64,000 bases of DNA, from positions 192,001 through 256,000 of the forward strand of contig JBGANV010000005.1 in the NCBI GenBank assembly GCA_044222185.1. Reading direction: 5' to 3'. Origin of the DNA: Planctomycetota bacterium. Lineage in GTDB: Bacteria > Planctomycetota > GCA-002687715 > CAIWVZ01. Shown here piece by piece: positions 48,942 to 64,000 of this stretch (the stretch's first letter is position 1; each line of letters starts with the position of its first letter). Under the pieces are notes generated by a model. It did no database searches. It worked only from the letters and a program-made list of their open reading frames with translations, and was not told the origin of the DNA. The position numbers and the translations under genes are program-made.

Positions 48942-50168
48942 TCAAACGCGCATCCCCCGTCCGCGATGGCGATCGAGCGGGCTCAGCCGGCCGGGCGAGG
49001 CCTGGGCTCGCGTTGAAGCAAATCGGTGCATGCCGTCCCTGGCTCGAAGCATGACCCAGTCCCTCCGGCCCGAGCGCCCTGCACCGACGTGAACGGGCAC
49101 GCCGTACGCGTCGACGGATTCGACGCTCAGCTCCGCGACCGGCGCACCGAGTGCGTGCCACGCGGCCAACGCGCCTTCCGCCGTCGCGCGCATCGGCACC
49201 CCGGGGCGACGCGTGCCCACGAACCACGCGAGCATGGCCGCCTCGTCGGCCGTCGCCGCAAGCCGTGCCGAGAACGCGCGCCCCGGGCACCAGGTCGAGA
49301 GGTCTGCCGAGTGCCACGGCCGGGGGGGCCCCTCCGCCACGAAAACCAGATGCGCGAGCCGATCCCGTCCGACGCGGAACCTCCCGCTCCGTTGCCCGTC
49401 GAATCGCCACCCGGCGTCCAGGGCAGCATCCACGATGGCGAGGAACCGCACGAAGTTCGTCACGCGAAGCACGGCGACGAGCGCACCACCGTCTCGCGTG
49501 ACGTTCCGCCAGTTCCCCAGGATCGCGCGGACCTCGGTCACTGTGCGCCAGTATGCCGGTGCACCGCGCTCGGTCGTGCCCCGCAACCGGTGGGCCTCCT
49601 CGCCCCAGCGAAAGTCGATCCCGAGCACGGAGACGACCGCATCCACCGTGGCGAGGGAGCGAGACGCCGGCGCCGCGTAATCCCACGATCGGAACGTCAC
49701 GTTCCCCGACGTCGGACGCGCGCGCGCGAGGCGAACGAGCGATCGCGCGGCGTCCACTCCCACCACGTGCCAGCCGGGGTTCCGCTCCGCGAGCCACGCC
49801 GAGAACGCGCCCGTCCAACATCCGGCCTCGAGCACCGACGCCGCCGGACCCAGGCGCCGCTCGAGTTCACGCGTCGCACGTACCGAGGCCTCGACGACGA
49901 CATCCGCCTGATGACTCTGGAAGAGGTCCGCCGCGCGTCGTGTCGGCAGGAGTCGATAGACGCTCGCGGCCAATGCGATGCCGTCGGCATGGTCTGCGAG
50001 CCGCTGCATGAGCGTGGTGAATCTGCGCGGGCCGAGCTCCCGGGCCAGGTGCCGATCGAGCCAATCCGGCGTACGCCCGACCTTCAGCCCGCAGCGGGCG
50101 AGGAACTGCAGGCAGGATTCACGGAGGACCGGTCTTCGTGCTCTCGGTCGTCGCAGCGAGCGGCGCAT
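48942..50168 (-). CDS. Class I SAM-dependent methyltransferase domain protein
   Basis: VLEAGCWTG, VVGVD, VDAVVS; co-oriented 7 bp after the histidine kinase stop. Confidence 0.7.
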   Translation of the reverse strand: MRRSLRRPRARRPVLRESCLQFLARCGLKVGRTPDWLDRHLARELGPRRFTTLMQRLADHADGIALAASVYRLLPTRRAADLFQSHQADVVVEASVRATRELERRLGPAASVLEAGCWTGAFSAWLAERNPGWHVVGVDAARSLVRLARARPTSGNVTFRSWDYAAPASRSLATVDAVVSVLGIDFRWGEEAHRLRGTTERGAPAYWRTVTEVRAILGNWRNVTRDGGALVAVLRVTNFVRFLAIVDAALDAGWRFDGQRSGRFRVGRDRLAHLVFVAEGPPRPWHSADLSTWCPGRAFSARLAATADEAAMLAWFVGTRRPGVPMRATAEGALAAWHALGAPVAELSVESVDAYGVPVHVGAGRSGRRDWVMLRARDGMHRFASTRAQASPGRLSPLDRHRGRGMRV

Positions 50169-50175
50169 GCGTTCG

Positions 50176-53013
50176 TCATAGCACGGTCGATGCGGGATCC
50201 GGCTGCGGCAACGCGCGGGCGAGTGCGTCGCGAAGATCCTCCACCCTGACGGGCTTGGTCACGTAGTCGTTCATCCCCGCTTCGAGGCAACGGTCGCGGT
50301 CCCCGGTCATGGCGTTGGCCGTGACGGCGACGATGGCGATGTCGCGATCGCCGCTCGCACGGCGGCGGATGCAACGCGTCGCCTCGAATCCGTCCATCTC
50401 CGGCATCTGGCAGTCCATGAGGATCAGGTCGTAGGTGGATCGGTCGAGCGCGGCCAGGACCTCGACGCCGTTGGATACCAGGTCGGACTTGTATCCGAGC
50501 TTCGCAAGCTGCATGGCGATGACCTTCTGGTTCACCGCGTTGTCTTCCGCGACGAGGATCCGCGCGCGCGCGGGCCCATCGACGCCGGGGTTTTGCGGCC
50601 GAGGTGCGCGACGGCGCTCGACAAGCGGCGCCGATACGCCGCCCTGACTCCGCACGACTCGCAGGGCGTCCGTCACCGCGAGAAGCACACTGCCTCGACG
50701 AACCGGCTTCGTCAGTACGCGCCCGACGCCGAGCTCGCGGGCCCGGGCCGCCTCCGAACGCTCGGTCCACGAGGTCAGGATCAGGATCCCCGTTTCGCGG
50801 ATCCTCGCGTCCGCGCGAACCGCTTCCGTGAGCTGGAGGCCATCCATCTCGGGCATGTTGAAGTCGGTGAGCATGAGGTCGAACGGATTGCCCTCCGCCT
50901 TCGCCTCCAGGAGTTTCCCCAGGGCGGCCTTGCCGTCCCCCGTTTCCTCGCAGACGGCTCCGCAGCAATCGAGCAGGCGTCGCACGATCGTCCGGTTCGT
51001 CGGATGATCGTCGACGATGAGGACGCGAACGCCCGCGAGCCCCGGCGCAGAAGCATCGCCGCCCGGATCAGGGTGACGCTTCACGCGGACGGTGAACCAG
51101 AACGTGGAGCCTTGGTTCGGCTCGCTGAGCACACCCACTTCGCCGCCCATCAGCTCGGCGAGTCGCTTGCAGATTGCGAGCCCCAGGCCCGTTCCACCGT
51201 ATTTCCGCGTGGTCGACGCGTCCGCCTGGCTGAACGCCTGGAACAGCCGCCCGGCCGCCTCCGGGCTGATCCCGATCCCCGTGTCGCGGACCGCGACCCG
51301 CAGGAGCACGTCGTCCGCCGAACCGCCGGCGACGTCCACGCTGACGACCACCTCGCCGCTCGACGTGAACTTGATGGCGTTGCCCGTGAGGTTCACGACG
51401 ATCTGCCGCAGCCGACCCGGATCACCCGATACGAGTCTGGGTACGCTCGGATCGATCAGGCAAGCGAGCTCGAGACCCTTTGCATGGGCCTTCTCGGCCA
51501 GGATCTCGACGGCTTCCTCCACCGCCGAGGCTGGATCGAAGTCCGCGACTTCCAGATCGAGTCGGTCGGCCTCGATCTTCGAGAAGTCCAGGATGTCGTT
51601 CAGGATCGTGAGCAGCGATTCCGCCGACGTGCGAACGGTCTCCGCGAAGCTGCGCTGTTCGGCGTCGAGATCCGTGTCGAGGAGGAGCCCGGTCATTCCG
51701 ATGACGCCGTTCATCGGCGTGCGGATCTCGTGGCTCATGGTCGCGAGAAACGCACTCTTCGCGCGGCTCGCGGCCTCGGCCGCCCTGCAGGCCTGGTCGA
51801 GGGCAGCCGTGCGAGAGGCGACGCGTCGCTCCAGGTCCCGTTTGTGCGCCTCATCCGCCCTCGCACGCCGTTGGCTCATCGACAGGCCGTAGGCCATCCC
51901 GCCCACGACGCACGCACCTCCGAGCAGGGAGAACACCAGCTCCGACCTCGCAGCCTCGACGTCGGGGCGCTCCCAGAAGGCCGTATCCGGCGCGCAGTAC
52001 CACAGCGACCAGCCGCTGTGATGGTCGATCATCCGGATCGGCACGAGGTTCGATGCGAGTGCCCCGGCCGCCGGTTCGCCCCGCTCGACCGCGGCGCGAT
52101 TGCTGACCCAGGTCCCCGATGCGCGCGCGCCGGCCGTGAAGTCCAGCCGTGCGTTGCGGACCGCGTAATCGCCCGAAGGCAGGAGATCGCGGACCGCGTC
52201 GGTCAGGATCACCCCGCTGAGGCACCCGCGGAGCGTGCCGTCCGGGCCGAAGTAAGGCACGGAGTAGACGAGCCCCGACCGATCCGCGTCGTTTGGAGCG
52301 GAGGGATGAAATCGCGAGTTGTCGCAGGTGACGACCTCGGGCCCCGTGATTCCGGGAGGGTCACGCCCGAGAAGCCCCTTCTGCGTCGGATGGTTGCGAC
52401 GGAACCAATCCAGCTGTTCCCGCATCAGCCGGTACTCGAAGATCTCGATCTCGGGGATCTCCTCCGCCTCCTCGCCGTGCGATTCGTCGTGGTCTCCCGG
52501 CGAGCCCGACTCCGCCGTACGCCCCACGATCAACTCGTCGAACGTGATGATCGGCGCCTCGAGTTCGCCCGTCACGGGATCGAGACGGTCGGGATCGAAG
52601 TCCACGGGGACGACATAGACCTCCGACATCGCCACGTCCTGAGCGAGGTTGTTGTAGATCTCCTGGATGTCGGCGCGCCCGTTCGCATCGAGGTTCTCGG
52701 CGTGTCTCGAGAGCGCGCGAATCACCGGCATGCGCGCCATCGAACAGAGACCGTTGTAGATCCGTCGGAACGTGTTCTCGACGCGCCCGGCGACCGCAAG
52801 CGCCTGCTGCTCGCGCTCGGCGCGGAACCGCACCCCGGCGGCGTCGATACTGCGGCGATGGTGAACGACGGACAGCGTCACCAGGACCGCACCCAGCAAC
52901 GCGAGGGCGGCGATCGCACGACCTGAAATGCTTCTGGCGGTGTTCACTTCTCGAGCGCAGCGACGTGAACGCTCGCGTGCCGCCGCAACTCCGCGGGCAC
53001 GGGCAATTCCCAT
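50176..53013 (-). CDS. Hybrid sensor histidine kinase with two receiver domains
   Basis: TM-periplasmic sensor-TM; [18 protein letters not shown]; GNAIKFT; [10 protein letters not shown]; REC1 (LTDFNMP) and REC2 (LMDCQMP). The start is uncertain. Confidence 0.93.
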   Translation of the reverse strand: MGIARARGVAAARERSRRCAREVNTARSISGRAIAALALLGAVLVTLSVVHHRRSIDAAGVRFRAEREQQALAVAGRVENTFRRIYNGLCSMARMPVIRALSRHAENLDANGRADIQEIYNNLAQDVAMSEVYVVPVDFDPDRLDPVTGELEAPIITFDELIVGRTAESGSPGDHDESHGEEAEEIPEIEIFEYRLMREQLDWFRRNHPTQKGLLGRDPPGITGPEVVTCDNSRFHPSAPNDADRSGLVYSVPYFGPDGTLRGCLSGVILTDAVRDLLPSGDYAVRNARLDFTAGARASGTWVSNRAAVERGEPAAGALASNLVPIRMIDHHSGWSLWYCAPDTAFWERPDVEAARSELVFSLLGGACVVGGMAYGLSMSQRRARADEAHKRDLERRVASRTAALDQACRAAEAASRAKSAFLATMSHEIRTPMNGVIGMTGLLLDTDLDAEQRSFAETVRTSAESLLTILNDILDFSKIEADRLDLEVADFDPASAVEEAVEILAEKAHAKGLELACLIDPSVPRLVSGDPGRLRQIVVNLTGNAIKFTSSGEVVVSVDVAGGSADDVLLRVAVRDTGIGISPEAAGRLFQAFSQADASTTRKYGGTGLGLAICKRLAELMGGEVGVLSEPNQGSTFWFTVRVKRHPDPGGDASAPGLAGVRVLIVDDHPTNRTIVRRLLDCCGAVCEETGDGKAALGKLLEAKAEGNPFDLMLTDFNMPEMDGLQLTEAVRADARIRETGILILTSWTERSEAARARELGVGRVLTKPVRRGSVLLAVTDALRVVRSQGGVSAPLVERRRAPRPQNPGVDGPARARILVAEDNAVNQKVIAMQLAKLGYKSDLVSNGVEVLAALDRSTYDLILMDCQMPEMDGFEATRCIRRRASGDRDIAIVAVTANAMTGDRDRCLEAGMNDYVTKPVRVEDLRDALARALPQPDPASTVL

Positions 53014-53082
53014 TCGTTCGTCGACGCTCGACCGAGGGCGACTTGACGAGACGGCCAGCGCACGCCGTTCGCCGCACCAGAA

Positions 53083-54309
53083 TCACGAGGCCGGCGTGGA
53101 GGGAGCCTCAGCTTTCACCCGCGCGTCGATGAAGATCAGCCCCACGATCACGATCGCGCCGGCGACTCCACAAGAAAGCCACAAAGCCTGCGCGGACCAG
53201 CGCTCCCAGATCCCGACGCCGATCTCCGGCGCAAGCACGCTCGCCGCCTGGAACGCGACGGTGTATGTCCCCATGTATTCACCGGTCCGCCCCAGCGACG
53301 CCCGGGTGGAGACGAAGCCGCCGATCGGGGGCAGGAACAGAATCTCACCGGCAGTCCACATCAGGATCGAGGCCAGGAGCGCAACGACACCATCGGCAAA
53401 GCCGGTCATGGCGAACCCGCCGCAGAACAGGCCGGCACCGATCATGGCGACGCGGAGCGGGTTCCGCCCCTTCAGTCCGTGCACGATCAGCATCTCGAAG
53501 AGCACGATCAGGGCCGGGTTCGCCGCCAGCACGTAGCCGACGGTGTCCTTCCGCATGTGACGGACCTGCGTCAGGTACAGCGGGTAGGTGCTGAACAGCT
53601 GAAACAGCACGCACGAGACGAGGAACATGAGCCCGCACAGCGCAAGGAACGGACCGTCGGAGCGCACGCGACGGCGCGTGCCGTCGGCCAGACTGCTCTT
53701 GTGACGCGCGTGCTCGGCGTGGCCTGACGGCAGGCCGAAGAACATGACCACGGCCGCCGCCATCGACGTGGCGCCGTCGAGCGTGAATAGGAGCCCGAAG
53801 GCGTGATGCTCCGCGATCACGCCGCCGATCACCGGACCGATCGCCATGCCCAGGTTCGCCGCGAGGCGGCTCAGCGCGACGGCACGCGCACGATCGGACA
53901 CGGGCGTCATTTGAGCGACGAGCATCTGCGCAGCGGGACGCATGGCCTCGCTCACGATGCCGAGCGCAACCATCGCCACCAGGATCGACGTCGGATCGAC
54001 GATGTGACCGATCACGAAGAACCCGGCACCGTTCGCGATCAGGCTGACGACGTGAACGAGCTTGGGGTTGAATCGGTCGGCCGCCATCCCGCCGAGCCAC
54101 GCCCCGGCCACGCCGCCGATGCCGTAGCACGCGACGACGTTCGCCGCCGCCTGGTTCGAGAACCCGTGCGCCTCCGTCAGGTAGACCGCCATGAACGGCA
54201 GCACCATGGTCCCGCAACGATTGATCAACGACGCGACCGTCAGCAGCCAGGTGGCTGCCGGCAGACCTGCGTACGCTCGCCGATAGGCGCTGAAGATTGC
54301 GGTGACCAT
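53083..54309 (-). CDS. MFS transporter
   Basis: About 12 TM helices; INRCGTMVLPFMAVYL; GGMAADRFNPK motif A. Confidence 0.9.
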   Translation of the reverse strand: MVTAIFSAYRRAYAGLPAATWLLTVASLINRCGTMVLPFMAVYLTEAHGFSNQAAANVVACYGIGGVAGAWLGGMAADRFNPKLVHVVSLIANGAGFFVIGHIVDPTSILVAMVALGIVSEAMRPAAQMLVAQMTPVSDRARAVALSRLAANLGMAIGPVIGGVIAEHHAFGLLFTLDGATSMAAAVVMFFGLPSGHAEHARHKSSLADGTRRRVRSDGPFLALCGLMFLVSCVLFQLFSTYPLYLTQVRHMRKDTVGYVLAANPALIVLFEMLIVHGLKGRNPLRVAMIGAGLFCGGFAMTGFADGVVALLASILMWTAGEILFLPPIGGFVSTRASLGRTGEYMGTYTVAFQAASVLAPEIGVGIWERWSAQALWLSCGVAGAIVIVGLIFIDARVKAEAPSTPAS

Positions 54310-54486
54310 GGTCGAAGACGGGCTGCGATCACCTGACTGGGAGATTCGCGGCCGGATTGGGTCAGCACGGTCCGAACACTTCGCCGGAGGGACAAGGTCG
54401 CCGGGACGAGTCGGGCCGACGGCGCCGCGATCGCGGGCGCGCCTGGTTCGTGTGCCGTATGATCTCGCCCACGAAGGGAACTCGGG

Positions 54487-55854
54487 ATGGAACCTCGAAC
54501 GATGAGACGGAATCGACGGCGCGTCATGTGGGCGAATGGCCTGGCAGCCGTGGTCGTCGCACTCTTCGCGACGATTGGCCGAGCGCAGGATGCGGCGCAA
54601 GTCGAGCGTTGGACACTCGTGCATTCGGCTCGCGTCCTCGCGACGCCGGGGACCGCCCCTCCCTCCGAAGCCACCATCATCGTTCGAGAGGATCGGATCG
54701 CCGCGGTGAAGCCCGGACGGATCGCCGAGCAGGATTGCGGTGCACCGGCGGGTTCGCGGATCGACGTCATCGATCTCGGAGACCGGTTCGTGCTCCCCGG
54801 GCTCATCGACAGCCACACGCACCTGACGAGCCGGTACGATCGCGGGATTCGCATCCGCGCCGTGGAGGAATCGGATGCGCACGCGGCCATCCGAGGAGTC
54901 GCTGCCGCGAAGAAGACGCTGGAGGCCGGCTTCACGACCGTGCGGGATCTCGGCAGCACAGGGGCCTCTTCATTCGCACTGCGCGATGCCATCAACGCGG
55001 GGCTGGTCCCCGGCCCGCGCATCCTGACGGCCGGGCAATCGATCACCCCCACGGGCGGACATAGCGACGAGACGCTCGGGTACCGCGAGGATCTCTTCGC
55101 CGTGCCGGGCGCCATGCAGGGCGTGGCGGACGGGCCGGACCTCTGTCGGCAAGCGGTTCGATCGCAGGTGAAGCGGACGGCGGACGTGATCAAGCTGACC
55201 GCGACCGGTGGAGTGCTTTCCAACACGGCCGCGGGCATGGAGCAGCAGTTCTTCGACGACGAACTCGTGGCCATCGTCTCGACGGCGCACCTGCTCGGCC
55301 GCAAGGTGGCTGCCCACGCTCACGGTGCCGGCGGAATCAAGGCGGCGCTGCGCGCTGGCGTGGATTCCATCGAACACGGCACGTTCCTCGACGACGAGGC
55401 CATCGAGCTGTTCAAGAAGTCGGGCGCGTGGCTCGTCCCCACGCTCACTGCCGGCGACGCGGTCACGAAGTCGGCCGAGATCCCGGGCTACTACACGAAG
55501 CCAGTCGCGCAGAAGGCGAGGACGATCGGGCCGGCGATGAAGGTCGCCATCGCGCGTGCCGTGCGCAGCGGCGTGAGGGTCGCCTTCGGAACCGACGCGG
55601 GCGTGTTCGACCACGGCGAGAACGGTCGCGAGTTCGAACTCCTCGTGGAAGCGGGCATGTCTCCGGAGGCGGCGATCGTCTCGGCGACGACGTCTGCGGC
55701 GGAGCTCCTGGGCCTCCGCGCCGAGATCGGCACGCTCGAAGCGGGGAAGGCCGCGGACATCATCGCCGTGGAGGGTGATCCGCTGGCTGCCATCGGCGCG
55801 ATCCGTCGGATCCGCTTCGTGATGCACGCCGGAGTCGTGGCCTTCCGGCCCTGA
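54487..55854 (+). CDS. Secreted amidohydrolase (Xaa-Pro dipeptidase-like subgroup)
   Basis: PGLIDSHTH, IKLTATGG, AHAHG, SIEHG, GTDAG; signal peptide (start may be 54502 or 54526). Confidence 0.92.
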   Translation: MEPRTMRRNRRRVMWANGLAAVVVALFATIGRAQDAAQVERWTLVHSARVLATPGTAPPSEATIIVREDRIAAVKPGRIAEQDCGAPAGSRIDVIDLGDRFVLPGLIDSHTHLTSRYDRGIRIRAVEESDAHAAIRGVAAAKKTLEAGFTTVRDLGSTGASSFALRDAINAGLVPGPRILTAGQSITPTGGHSDETLGYREDLFAVPGAMQGVADGPDLCRQAVRSQVKRTADVIKLTATGGVLSNTAAGMEQQFFDDELVAIVSTAHLLGRKVAAHAHGAGGIKAALRAGVDSIEHGTFLDDEAIELFKKSGAWLVPTLTAGDAVTKSAEIPGYYTKPVAQKARTIGPAMKVAIARAVRSGVRVAFGTDAGVFDHGENGREFELLVEAGMSPEAAIVSATTSAAELLGLRAEIGTLEAGKAADIIAVEGDPLAAIGAIRRIRFVMHAGVVAFRP

Positions 55855-55877
55855 GGCGTCGCGGCCTGCGCCGGGGA

Positions 55878-57032
55878 TCAGACGGGAGCGGGTGTGACGG
55901 CCGACCCCGCGGGCCTCGGTGTCACCTGCGCGAGGATGCGCTCCCGCACTTCCATCGGTGAGGCGAACTCGCCGCCGATCTCGTCGCGGAAGTAGCGGTA
56001 ATACGCGCGGCACGAATCGAGGAATCGATTCACGTCGTCTTCCGTCCGCGTGTAGTCGGTACAGCCCGGCTTCAGCGTCGGTGAGTGGAAGTAGAACGTG
56101 AAGATGCGTTGCCCGCGATCGAGGAGCGCGCGCGTCAGGCGCCGGTGATCCGACTGGGCGTAGTCCTCGGGCGAAAGACGGAGGCGCTCGATCAACCCCA
56201 CGCGCGCCGCGACGGCTCCCAGTCGCGTCCACTCGATCGAACGATGACGCAGAAGGCGATACAGCACGTCCGGTCGCCAGCGCCAGCCGCCGACGAACGC
56301 TCCCGTCGTCGGGATCGCAAGCATGCGACGCCTGGTGCCGAACCAGCGAACGGACGAACCGAGTCGGGAGAAGTCCGGCCCGCCGTCGGCGCTGCAGTCC
56401 AACGGCGGCGCGCTGCTCAGATCGATGTCGAAGCCGAGGTCATCGAGGACCGCCGGGGTGTTCGGGCCGATGCCATAGCGGCCAGCGTGATAGAACGTCG
56501 GCGCCACGCCGATCGAATCCACGATGGCGTCACGAAGCCGCTGGAGCTTCTCGCGTTCGAGCGCCTTGGGCAGGTTGCCCGGATAGGAGTTGAAGTAACT
56601 GAGCTCCTCCTCATGCGGCGGCGTCACCCACGGGTGCAGATGCGCGCCCACCTCGGCCTTCCCGGATTCGACGAGCGAGCGGATGACGCTCGACGCCGAG
56701 GACTGCGTCGCCACGGGGTAGGTGAGCGCCAACGCCGGTCGGATGCCGAACTCGTCGAACATCCGCTGCGCATCGAGGAGCCGCGCGACCGAGCTCACCG
56801 CCGTGCAATTCCTGTCGAAGTCCGCCGACCAGTCGAACTCCTCCTCCACCGCGATGAGCGTCATCAGCAAGGGACGACGTCCAGGAAGCGGTTCGATGAG
56901 CTGTTGGTTGGGTCCGTACACGGTGCGACTGCGATTGAGTCGGAGACTCCTCAGCACGGGAACATGTAGGTCATACCCGCCGCTTCTCGCGGATGCAATC
57001 TCCGCGTTCGAGTCGGAAGCCTGCGTCCCCAC
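55878..57032 (-). CDS. Polysaccharide deacetylase (WalW-like)
   Basis: EEEFDW, EVGAHLHPWVTPP, AGRYG, FHSPTLKPGCT. Confidence 0.85.
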   Translation of the reverse strand: MGTQASDSNAEIASARSGGYDLHVPVLRSLRLNRSRTVYGPNQQLIEPLPGRRPLLMTLIAVEEEFDWSADFDRNCTAVSSVARLLDAQRMFDEFGIRPALALTYPVATQSSASSVIRSLVESGKAEVGAHLHPWVTPPHEEELSYFNSYPGNLPKALEREKLQRLRDAIVDSIGVAPTFYHAGRYGIGPNTPAVLDDLGFDIDLSSAPPLDCSADGGPDFSRLGSSVRWFGTRRRMLAIPTTGAFVGGWRWRPDVLYRLLRHRSIEWTRLGAVAARVGLIERLRLSPEDYAQSDHRRLTRALLDRGQRIFTFYFHSPTLKPGCTDYTRTEDDVNRFLDSCRAYYRYFRDEIGGEFASPMEVRERILAQVTPRPAGSAVTPAPV

Positions 57033-57059
57033 GCGAGATAGACGACGAGCACCCGCGCA

Positions 57060-57950
57060 TTACAAGGCGGAATCAGGCTGCCGGGGACGGCGCGATTGGC
57101 GATCGACGGCTGCGGCGAGCGTGGCAAGCACCGCGCGGCGCGTCTGCTCCCGAGCGGCGCGGGGGGTCATCAGGTGGTCGCACGCCGGGACGACATCCAG
57201 CGTCGCCGCCCCGCTCCCCACCATGGCGTCGAGCGACGAACCGAGCACGGTGCGCAGGTAGCCAAGGGCCCAGTCCCCATCCGCGATGACGAGGCGCAGC
57301 AGTACCCCCCGCTCGACGAGGTCGGCGAACGCGCGGGCATCCGGGTTGGAACCCCCGCGGGTCGTGCTGCGCCCCATCCGAGAACGCAGCGCCCGCATCA
57401 GCCCGCGGTAGTCCGCACGCCCGGTCAGCAGCCGTGCCCAACTGCCCCACGAGAACAGCGAGACGCGCCACGTGTACGCCGCCGCCTGCCGCTCCTCCAC
57501 CGCGCGAACCGTGGTCGGCGAGGGCTCTTCGAGGAACCGCGGCGCGTTGATCATGACGGCGGCGACGACGCGCGGGTCGGCATGGGCCGTTTTGAACGAA
57601 ATCTCCGCCCCGGAGCAGAGCCCAACGAGGACGAATGCCTCCGCACCGGTCGCCTGATGCATGAAGTCGAGGGCTTCGCGCGTCTCGGCGACGGCGGCAC
57701 GCTCGAAGCGGACGGTATCGGTGCGAGGAGCGCTGTCGCCGATGCCGGAGAAATCCATGCGCAGCGCGGCCGTGTCCGCGCCCACGCATTCGCGGGCGAG
57801 GTCCACCCACAACCGGTTCGGGCCCACGTGATGCACGACGCCGGCGTTCAAGAACACGACGCCAAGCCGTGCGCGCGCGCCGTCGTCGACGGCCGTGAGC
57901 ACCCCTTGCAACTGGGACGCCGAGCCGAAACGTGCGACGGATTCCCTCAT
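57060..57950 (-). CDS. Alpha/beta hydrolase with Cys at the nucleophile elbow (exosortase-A hydrolase 1-like)
   Basis: NAGVVHHVGPNR, RMDFSGIGDS, GLCSGA, DH near the C-terminus; ATGA overlap with the upstream hydrolase. Confidence 0.82.
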   Translation of the reverse strand: MRESVARFGSASQLQGVLTAVDDGARARLGVVFLNAGVVHHVGPNRLWVDLARECVGADTAALRMDFSGIGDSAPRTDTVRFERAAVAETREALDFMHQATGAEAFVLVGLCSGAEISFKTAHADPRVVAAVMINAPRFLEEPSPTTVRAVEERQAAAYTWRVSLFSWGSWARLLTGRADYRGLMRALRSRMGRSTTRGGSNPDARAFADLVERGVLLRLVIADGDWALGYLRTVLGSSLDAMVGSGAATLDVVPACDHLMTPRAAREQTRRAVLATLAAAVDRQSRRPRQPDSAL

Positions 57951-58738
57951 GGCGCGAACGTCTCCCCGATCCAATCGGCGATGGCCTCGATGGGTTCGGC
58001 GACGACGAGGGCCTTCTCGGCATCCCCCCGCCAGAACCGGGGCGCAGTCAGCAGTTTGTCACGCGAGGCGCCGATGCGCGCCCACCTCTCTCGCAAGCGC
58101 GCGAGGTCGCTACCGTCGCTCGACAGGGTGAAGCGGCGGCGAGCGCGCGGAACGCACGTCGAGAGGTCGATCGTGGAGAGTTCCCCGACGAGGGCGGATG
58201 GGTAGTCGAACCCACAGACTTCCTGCGTCGGTCCGGTCGCCGGAGGCTCGGCACCCGGAAGCCGCGTGAGAAGATCGCGATGCTCGGCCAGTCCGTCCTC
58301 GAAGAAGCTGCCGCCGCGAACGACCGGATCCCACAGGACGAGGCCGTCCACGGCCCCGGTACGCTCGGTCGCCAACGCGGCGACGGTGGCGCCGAGCCGC
58401 AGTCCAACGACGACGACCGGGGATGCGCCACTTCGACGCCTGGCCTCGTCGGTCGCGAGCTTCAGATCGAGTGCCCAGCGGTCGAGAGAGGCGTCGGTGA
58501 GATGGCCCCACGAGTCCCCGGTCCCGGTCCAATCGAACCGTAGGACCCCGCAGCCGAGGTTCGAGAGCCGGGTCGCAAGCTGGGCCGTCGCCCTGTGTGC
58601 GCGCTGATACTCGTTGCCGAACGACGGGCACACGACCGCTGCAACCGGCCCCACACCGTGCCCGGACGCGCCGTGGAACACGCCGTAAAGGCGATGATCG
58701 GCGTCACCGAAATGCAGTGCAGTCACGTCGGCGGCCAT
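57947..58738 (-). CDS. Alpha/beta hydrolase lacking the nucleophile (exosortase-A hydrolase 2-like)
   Basis: VCPSFGNEY, RFDWTGTGDS, GLRLGA, LVLWDPVV.G. Confidence 0.82.
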   Translation of the reverse strand: MAADVTALHFGDADHRLYGVFHGASGHGVGPVAAVVCPSFGNEYQRAHRATAQLATRLSNLGCGVLRFDWTGTGDSWGHLTDASLDRWALDLKLATDEARRRSGASPVVVVGLRLGATVAALATERTGAVDGLVLWDPVVRGGSFFEDGLAEHRDLLTRLPGAEPPATGPTQEVCGFDYPSALVGELSTIDLSTCVPRARRRFTLSSDGSDLARLRERWARIGASRDKLLTAPRFWRGDAEKALVVAEPIEAIADWIGETFAP

Positions 58739-58804
58739 GCGTCTCGTGGTCTTCCTCGAATGAGGGACGGAAGTCGGGGTCGGCGCGCAAAAGGGGCCGG
58801 GAGT

Positions 58805-63894
<5,090 letters not shown>

Positions 63895-63898
<4 letters not shown>

Positions 63899-64000
63899 GA
63901 GCGGAGGCTCCGGGGCCGCATGTCGGCCCAGGACTCGTCGATGCGGGACAGGCACTCAGCGAGAATCGCCGGGCTGCCGGTGGCTTCCCAGCCCGCGGGC
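63895..64000 (-). CDS. 3' end of an upstream gene translationally coupled to the NRPS (truncated by the window)
   Basis: Open frame PAGWEATGSPAILAECLSRIDESWADMRPRSLRS*, whose TGA overlaps the NRPS ATG (ATGA). Confidence 0.5.

Overview
A very GC-rich bacterial chromosomal segment, most likely from a Planctomycetota member. That inference rests on the DUF1501 + DUF1549/DUF1553 planctomycete-cytochrome gene pair, a Ser/Thr kinase-TPR protein, an ECF sigma/anti-sigma pair and many large secreted FG-GAP/Kelch proteins. About 37 plausible CDS are present; I saw no rRNA, tRNA, CRISPR array, integrase or transposase. Highlights: (1) a MoxR-operon membrane protein (281..1672, -) has one in-frame UGA followed 11 nt later by an E. 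coli-type SECIS-like hairpin, making it a candidate new selenoprotein; (2) an intact IspH is fused to a cobalamin-binding radical SAM enzyme, in a unit with two matching ACTTTG-N5-CAAAGT operators and a winged-helix regulator; (3) a shared ~125-140 aa C-terminal domain caps unrelated secreted proteins, including a 9-heme cytochrome and a cupredoxin, and may be a sorting signal; (4) a c-di-AMP (ydaO-type) riboswitch lies upstream of a flotillin gene; (5) a TIR-STAND NTPase-TPR (NLR-like) protein; (6) a TE-less A-T-C-A-T NRPS co-oriented with an alpha/beta-hydrolase pair and a WalW-like polysaccharide deacetylase; (7) a REP-like composite repeat. All family calls come from reading motifs by eye, with no database searches.
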